Assembly: GCA_963934255.1 (NCBI GenBank)
Contig: CAWVXU010000003.1
Span: 1 to 64,000 of the forward strand
Source: an uncultured Fibrobacterales bacterium
Lineage (GTDB): Bacteria > Fibrobacterota > Fibrobacteria > Fibrobacterales > CAWVXU01
Direction of reading: 5' to 3'
DNA length: 64,000 nt
The number at the start of each line of letters is the position of its first letter. Within the stretch, counting starts at the first letter, position 1. Positions 58,642 through 64,000 of the stretch are shown here, in pieces. Under the pieces are notes generated by a model, which did no database searches, was not told the origin of the DNA, and worked only from the letters and a program-made list of their open reading frames with translations. The position numbers were made by a program, and so were the translations under genes.

Positions 58642-60345
58642 CTATTCGACTCCCTGATGCACAGCGATGGTTTTGGGTTGATCCATACCTGTGACTCTAA
58701 ATATAATATCCCCATCAGAATTAACTTTGACCACAGAGCCAGACTCTGAATCAGCCACCCAACATGAATTGTCTGTCATTGAAAAGGCAACTCCAGCCGG
58801 AGTATTAAAGCCCTCAGTGACAAGGCCATCCGTTTTGGTTAGATTTCCTGATATGTTTGAGTTAAATCTAATAATTTGATCGGCTCTAGCGTCAGAGATA
58901 CACACTTCTCCATTGCCGGCAGACAAATCAGAAATAAAGTTAAAACCTTTGATCGTCGCCTTGATGACACCTAGCGTGTCTATGAGTATCACACTTGAGC
59001 TATCTGCAATCCAAGCCTGACCTGATTGAGCATCATAAGCGATGTGCTGAGGGCGGTTGACTCCAGCATGAAATAGAGTGTCTAAAACACCATCTCGGAC
59101 AAGTCCAATCGAATCACCTTCCGGAACGACAAACATCATCAAGTCATCTTCGAACTGATCAATCGCCATGCTTGTGACGGGCCCTTGTTGATCCGGCAAT
59201 ACTGAGATCTCTGATAGTGAGTCCAAAGCTGCTGGGTCAAATTTCCTAACACGACCCTGAGCACTAGTCGGAAGATCTGAGACCCAAATAGCTCCACTTT
59301 GTACATCCACTCCAAGGGCAGTCGGTTGAATAAATCTAGAGCTATCAGTCAAGACAATTTCACCTGAATTCGTCATGCGTGTTAATATATTTTTACCGCG
59401 GTCAAGGATCCAGACATAAATACGATTAGGATTAATTCCAATATCTGAAATTTCTTGAAATTGATTTTCAATTCTAAATATTTCGGACCCAGTCGATGAT
59501 ATTTTTATCAAATCCTTAGAAGCACCTACCCAAACAGAGCCAGTTTCTTTATAAGTGATCATTTGCATATAATAAATACGAGAACCCGAGTAGGATTCAT
59601 CACGAACTTTAAATTCAAATACATCATCAATAATAGAGTCCGGCGCCTGCCATCTAAAAGTATAGCCCGAATCAGATTGTATTTGCCTAAGCCCCGGGAC
59701 ATCTTCAAATTCAAACCTTGGCGCGAAATCTTCCACAAAATTATCGCGAAGGGTTACATCAAACTTAACTAATTGACCAGGGTGTCCATAGAGCCTAATT
59801 ACTGAATCACGAATAGCAGTGACAACTCCACCCAAATAGAGTGTATCTAGCATCGGAAGTACATTTTGAATATCAAATACCTTCCAAGCCGAGTGAATTC
59901 CCTCGATATCAATAGCTATGGAATCAAGGTATAGAGAATCAACAGTCCAAGTCACTGAGTCGACCTCAGTAGAATCAAGATAAAGTTCAGGTGCAACATT
60001 CCATTCAAACCATACTGTATCTGAAACAATTATACTATCGATTGCAGAAATGGCTGTGACTCTTTTTGAAATATTGCCCTTGCCTAATTTCCAATTCACA
60101 AGATCATCTTGGTCAGCACGAAGATTAAAGTCTTCGACATTGACCCATGCTTTGACCAAGCCGCCACTGTAACTTTTTTCTGTAAAATCAGTTTTAATTC
60201 TTATAGTCAAACCAGATTCATCATTAGGAGAGCAAGCATTTAGCAGACTCAGACATATCAATGCACCAAATATCACGCATATGAGGCTAAAACAGCTAAT
60301 AACCGATTTTGATTTGGTTGATTTATCGTCGTTCATTTTCATCAT
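58642..60345 (-). CDS. Lipoprotein with C-terminal NHL-like beta-propeller
   Basis: Lipobox LNAC|S; repeated blades VWVG, VWILD, IWVSD, AWIAD, VCISD, CWVAD. Confidence 0.75.
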   Translation of the reverse strand: MMKMNDDKSTKSKSVISCFSLICVIFGALICLSLLNACSPNDESGLTIRIKTDFTEKSYSGGLVKAWVNVEDFNLRADQDDLVNWKLGKGNISKRVTAISAIDSIIVSDTVWFEWNVAPELYLDSTEVDSVTWTVDSLYLDSIAIDIEGIHSAWKVFDIQNVLPMLDTLYLGGVVTAIRDSVIRLYGHPGQLVKFDVTLRDNFVEDFAPRFEFEDVPGLRQIQSDSGYTFRWQAPDSIIDDVFEFKVRDESYSGSRIYYMQMITYKETGSVWVGASKDLIKISSTGSEIFRIENQFQEISDIGINPNRIYVWILDRGKNILTRMTNSGEIVLTDSSRFIQPTALGVDVQSGAIWVSDLPTSAQGRVRKFDPAALDSLSEISVLPDQQGPVTSMAIDQFEDDLMMFVVPEGDSIGLVRDGVLDTLFHAGVNRPQHIAYDAQSGQAWIADSSSVILIDTLGVIKATIKGFNFISDLSAGNGEVCISDARADQIIRFNSNISGNLTKTDGLVTEGFNTPAGVAFSMTDNSCWVADSESGSVVKVNSDGDIIFRVTGMDQPKTIAVHQGVE

Positions 60346-60346
60346 T

Positions 60347-61408
60347 TTATCCCTCTAAGCTGTAAATATAAGCCAAAATTTGCGCAACGGCTTCAAAGTG
60401 TTCTTCGGGAATCACATCTCCGACTTCTACTGAATCAATAATTGCCCGAGCTAATGGCTTATTTTCTACAATAGGTATGTCATTTTCTGTTGCAATGTCC
60501 CTTATTTTTTCGGCTATTATTCGCTTACCTTTAGCTACAATCGTAGGAGCGTCTTGTTCTCCTCGTTTATATTTGATTGCAATGGCTATAAATGTAGGAT
60601 TTGTCACCACAACGGTCGCTTCCGGAACTTTATCCATAGAAGACTCTCTTAAAATTTTCATTGCAGCTTGCCTTAATGCTGCTTTAATCTTCGGATCACC
60701 TTCGGATTGTTTGCGCTCATCTTTGACCTCGTGCTTGGTCATCTTCATTTCATTTTTCGCTTTAATTTTTTGATAAATAAAATCACCTATTCCGATGATG
60801 AGATATAAAAGAGCTATATACAGGCTCATTTCTAAGCCAATATTAAATAAGGCAGCACGAAGAGCCATAAGAGGCTGGTCAATAAGAAAAAGGAATTCAT
60901 CATAATGACTCATTAAGACAAGATAAACAACAAGTCCGACTGCCCCGATTTTCAACAACCCTTTAATGAGGCCGACAAGAGCCTCTTTTCCGAGCATTCT
61001 TTTGACACCAGCAATTATTTTAAAGGGTTTTGAGAAGTCAGGTTTCAGTTTATAATTAGACCACATAAATCCAACTTGAACTAAATTAATGACAACCCCA
61101 AATATTAACATCAGGAGTGCAATGGGCCATAAAATAAAAAGCATCATTTTTACATTATCTTCCATCAAAAAGATCAAGTTAGTTGTATTGAAATCAAAGG
61201 TAGATATCTGACTCCAAACATTTTTAATATTCAATTCAAGTAAATCATATACTCTTACACCAAATATCCAAATCACACCCACTCCTACAATCAACATAAA
61301 GCCTGTATTTAGATCTGTTGATTTAGCAACTTGCCCTTTTCTACGAGCCTCGCCCTTTTTTTTCTCACTGGCATCTTCGGTCTTGGAGTCTTTGTCCTCA
61401 TCAGCCAT
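60347..61408 (-). CDS. flhB: Flagellar export switch protein FlhB
   Basis: KTEDAS, KGQVAKS, MKMTKHEVKDERKQSEGDP, VVTNPT, VENKPLAR. Confidence 0.96.
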   Translation of the reverse strand: MADEDKDSKTEDASEKKKGEARRKGQVAKSTDLNTGFMLIVGVGVIWIFGVRVYDLLELNIKNVWSQISTFDFNTTNLIFLMEDNVKMMLFILWPIALLMLIFGVVINLVQVGFMWSNYKLKPDFSKPFKIIAGVKRMLGKEALVGLIKGLLKIGAVGLVVYLVLMSHYDEFLFLIDQPLMALRAALFNIGLEMSLYIALLYLIIGIGDFIYQKIKAKNEMKMTKHEVKDERKQSEGDPKIKAALRQAAMKILRESSMDKVPEATVVVTNPTFIAIAIKYKRGEQDAPTIVAKGKRIIAEKIRDIATENDIPIVENKPLARAIIDSVEVGDVIPEEHFEAVAQILAYIYSLEG

Positions 61409-62207
61409 GTCCGCCCCCAATTTTCATCAGAGTCAGAATATTCCATTGTAAGCTGGCTAGATATTGATCAAAAAGTTGATACATCATCGGAAATACATAA
61501 ATCAGAGTCAATATTCCAATAAAAATTTTCACTGGCATTGACACCATCCAAACATTTAAATTGGGCATTGCTCGTGACATAAAAGCTAAACCAAGTAGGA
61601 CGAGTAATGTGGTCACTAATACAGGAGCCGCCAAGCGAAGACCGGTGACTAAAGCTTCACTCACCATATAAGTGAATACATGCGAAAACTTTTGAGCATC
61701 CCATTCCAACCCCATCACTGGTATGTAGGTATAGCTTTCAGCCATGACTTCGATAAAGAAAAAATGATGGTTATTTAACAAGAACATGATCAAAAAAATA
61801 AACATAATGAGCTGAGTGAGGCTAGTAGAATTCTCACCAGTCTCCGGGTTGAGCATCGGCATCATAGATAGCCCGACATTTCGATTAATAACTTCACCAC
61901 CAAAATCAACAAATACAAATAATAGACCACCAGCAAAACCAATAATGACTCCCACTGCAACTTCTTTCATTACGATTAGTATGAGGTGAGCCACTTCTGG
62001 TGTATAAGGGACCTGAGTATCTTTGAGATGTGGAAAAATCACAACTGACAATATAAAGGCAAAACCCACCTTTAAACGAGCTGAGACATTGCTGTTTTTG
62101 AGTATCGGAAACAAAAACACCATAGCTGACATCCTCACTAGGACCAAGAAAAAGAGCTCTAACTGAGCAACTGTAACATCAAGAATAGACGCAGCTTGTT
62201 CGAGCAT
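61401..62207 (-). CDS. fliR: Flagellar export protein FliR
   Basis: LVLVRMS, KEVAVG, LRLAAP, SRAMPNLN; gene order. Confidence 0.93.
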   Translation of the reverse strand: MLEQAASILDVTVAQLELFFLVLVRMSAMVFLFPILKNSNVSARLKVGFAFILSVVIFPHLKDTQVPYTPEVAHLILIVMKEVAVGVIIGFAGGLLFVFVDFGGEVINRNVGLSMMPMLNPETGENSTSLTQLIMFIFLIMFLLNNHHFFFIEVMAESYTYIPVMGLEWDAQKFSHVFTYMVSEALVTGLRLAAPVLVTTLLVLLGLAFMSRAMPNLNVWMVSMPVKIFIGILTLIYVFPMMYQLFDQYLASLQWNILTLMKIGGGHG

Positions 62208-62216
62208 TCTATTGAC

Positions 62217-62486
62217 CTAGGGTAGAATTTGTGGAATTAAAGCCATTATTTCATCAAAAAACAGCTTAAATTGGTGTGCCATTGTCGGCATCATAAAAAG
62301 AAGTACAGCGCCTACACCCAAAACTTTAGGGATAAAGGTCATGGTCATTTCATTTAGCTGAGTCGCTGATTGGATCAACGATATCGTGAGTCCTATAACG
62401 AGTGCAGCAATCAACATGGGTCCACCCATTTGAAGCATAGTGATCAAAGCCTTACGACCAACATCAATGACTAATAATTCACTCAT
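62217..62486 (-). CDS. fliQ: Flagellar export protein FliQ
   Basis: GLTISLIQSATQLNEMTMTFIPK. Confidence 0.96.
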   Translation of the reverse strand: MSELLVIDVGRKALITMLQMGGPMLIAALVIGLTISLIQSATQLNEMTMTFIPKVLGVGAVLLFMMPTMAHQFKLFFDEIMALIPQILP

Positions 62487-62496
62487 TTAAAACCTT

Positions 62497-63249
62497 CTAC
62501 CTAAAACTCAGCACGACTTGTCGCACCACGATATGCCAACCATCAACCATGACAAACAAAATAAGTTTAAATGGCATAGAGATCATCACTGGAGGTAGCA
62601 TCATCATCCCCATTGACATCAATACAGAAGCAACTACCATGTCTATCACCAAAAATGGAATATACAGCAGAAATCCAATAATAAAAGCCGTCTTGAGCTC
62701 AGATAAGATAAAAGCGGGTATTAATACCGGCATACCTATATCGGCAATACTTTTAGGGTTCTCTGTTTTAGATATCCTTAAAAAGAGCGCCAATTCTTTT
62801 TCTGAAGTTTGACGTAACATGAAATTTTTGAGCGGCCCAACCGCCTCATCGATGGCGACTTTGTAATCAATCTCCTTATTGAGATAGGGTTGCAGAGCAT
62901 TCTCATTAATCGCATTAATCGTCGGCTGCATAATAAAAAAGGTCAAAAATAGAGCAAGACCCATAACCACTTGATTAGGGGGTGCATTTTGAGTACCCAT
63001 TGCTTGCTTCAGGAAATTAAGCACAATCACAATTCGAGTAAATGAGGTCAACATGATAATAATCGAAGGAGCTAATGACAAAACAGTCAATAATGCAACA
63101 ATTTCAAGGGTAACAGCTACATCTTCCACACTCTTGGCTTGCTCAACACCAATGGTAAATTTGGGTGCAGCAATTTGAGCGAAGACTTCAGAAGCGCCAA
63201 ATAAAAACAATACTCCAAATAATAAGAGTAGATTAGGAAGGCGTGTCAT
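62497..63249 (-). CDS. fliP: Flagellar export protein FliP
   Basis: LSLAPS..TSFTRI, PPNQV, PAFILSELKTAF, MGMMMLPP, VDGW. Confidence 0.97.
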   Translation of the reverse strand: MTRLPNLLLLFGVLFLFGASEVFAQIAAPKFTIGVEQAKSVEDVAVTLEIVALLTVLSLAPSIIIMLTSFTRIVIVLNFLKQAMGTQNAPPNQVVMGLALFLTFFIMQPTINAINENALQPYLNKEIDYKVAIDEAVGPLKNFMLRQTSEKELALFLRISKTENPKSIADIGMPVLIPAFILSELKTAFIIGFLLYIPFLVIDMVVASVLMSMGMMMLPPVMISMPFKLILFVMVDGWHIVVRQVVLSFR

Positions 63250-63854
63250 GAATGGCTCTCCGGGTTTTTCTTGAATTTGGCCAGCAGTTGATTCACCGTT
63301 TGTGAAAATTCAACACCACTAGTACTCGGCGCCAATAACTCAGGATCAAGGGTTGATTTATCTAATTCTTTAAGATATGAAATATTTTCATTGGTGACTC
63401 CAAGTAAAACGAATTCATTTTGAATTCGAGCAATCACAAGTCTTTGATTAGGGCCGATCAATTTGGTTTGAACAACTTCAAGGTCAATCGTTTGAGTACT
63501 CTCTTGACCCCATTTGGCGTTTTGAAGTTTCTTAATTAGATAAACTGTTAAGAATATCAGACCTATGACAAGTGCCAAACCCAAAACGGTCTCAACTAAG
63601 AGACCAGAAACACTTCGAGTGACCGTTTCCTGGACAGGAGTTGAATCAGGTATTGCGTCATTTATTTCATTGACACGCTTTAACTTACCCTCCATGGAGC
63701 CAACCTCAACACCTGAAACTGAATTAGTAGATGAATCAAATTGTTCATATTTTTCATATTGGTCATCTTTATCAATTTGGCCATCTTGAGCTGAAAAAAC
63801 TGCCGTGGGCACTAAGCCCAGTAAAACGAATATAATTGCAAATAAAATGTGCAT
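63246..63854 (-). CDS. fliO: Flagellar biosynthesis protein FliO/FliZ
   Basis: TM LALVIGLI, IGPNQRLVIARI..VLLGVT..ISYL; position between fliN and fliP. Confidence 0.85.
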   Translation of the reverse strand: MHILFAIIFVLLGLVPTAVFSAQDGQIDKDDQYEKYEQFDSSTNSVSGVEVGSMEGKLKRVNEINDAIPDSTPVQETVTRSVSGLLVETVLGLALVIGLIFLTVYLIKKLQNAKWGQESTQTIDLEVVQTKLIGPNQRLVIARIQNEFVLLGVTNENISYLKELDKSTLDPELLAPSTSGVEFSQTVNQLLAKFKKNPESHS

Positions 63855-63873
63855 GAAGAATCCTTAAAGTTGA

Positions 63874-63999
63874 TTACTTCAGAAATTTAATCCGTTCTTC
63901 CGGAGTTACCAAGGAAACAATGCGAATTCCGAAATATTCATCAACAACAACGACCTCGCCTTTGGCCACAACCTTGTCATTTATTAGAATATCAACCGG
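63874..63999 (-). CDS. fliN: Flagellar motor switch FliN/FliY C-terminus (5' end outside the window)
   Basis: Manual translation [41 protein letters not shown]. Confidence 0.92.
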   Translation of the reverse strand, partial: PVDILINDKVVAKGEVVVVDEYFGIRIVSLVTPEERIKFLK

Positions 64000-64000
64000 T

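Overview
AT-rich bacterial chromosome segment, most likely from a flagellated member of Fibrobacterota (FCB group). The lineage is inferred from two TIGR02147-like genes, poly-Ser linkers in secreted enzymes, PorU-type T9SS sortases and Fibrobacter-style C-terminal tails. Core blocks: rlmF; mdh-sucDC; sppA-mltD; nfeD-floA; M18 aminopeptidase; clpC-bamA-skp-lpxD-lpxC-fabZ-lpxA; and a flagellar export/regulation operon (fliN-O-P-Q-R-flhB-[lipoprotein]-flhA-flhF-flhG-x-fliA). The most notable accessory signal is a module found twice with different partners: a secreted chitinase (GH19 at 2.7-4.9 kb, GH18 at 43.5-44.8 kb) transcribed divergently from a TIGR02147-like putative regulator that overlaps (ATGA) a downstream lipoprotein gene, with locus-specific repeated/palindromic sites in the shared promoter region. 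The second module is followed by a 1254-aa secreted protein whose core has lysozyme/GH23-like motifs, a candidate new glycoside hydrolase family. Other points: a tandem pair of intact porU paralogues, an unassigned duplicated 91-aa domain in the GH19 enzyme, a phage-type primase-helicase with apparently lost primase residues, a large BamA POTRA insertion, divergent LpxC/LpxD, and two decayed genes not in the ORF track (ImpA-like protease, higBA). No rRNA, tRNA, CRISPR array or intact mobile element was seen. All family calls come from motif recognition by eye, not from database searches.
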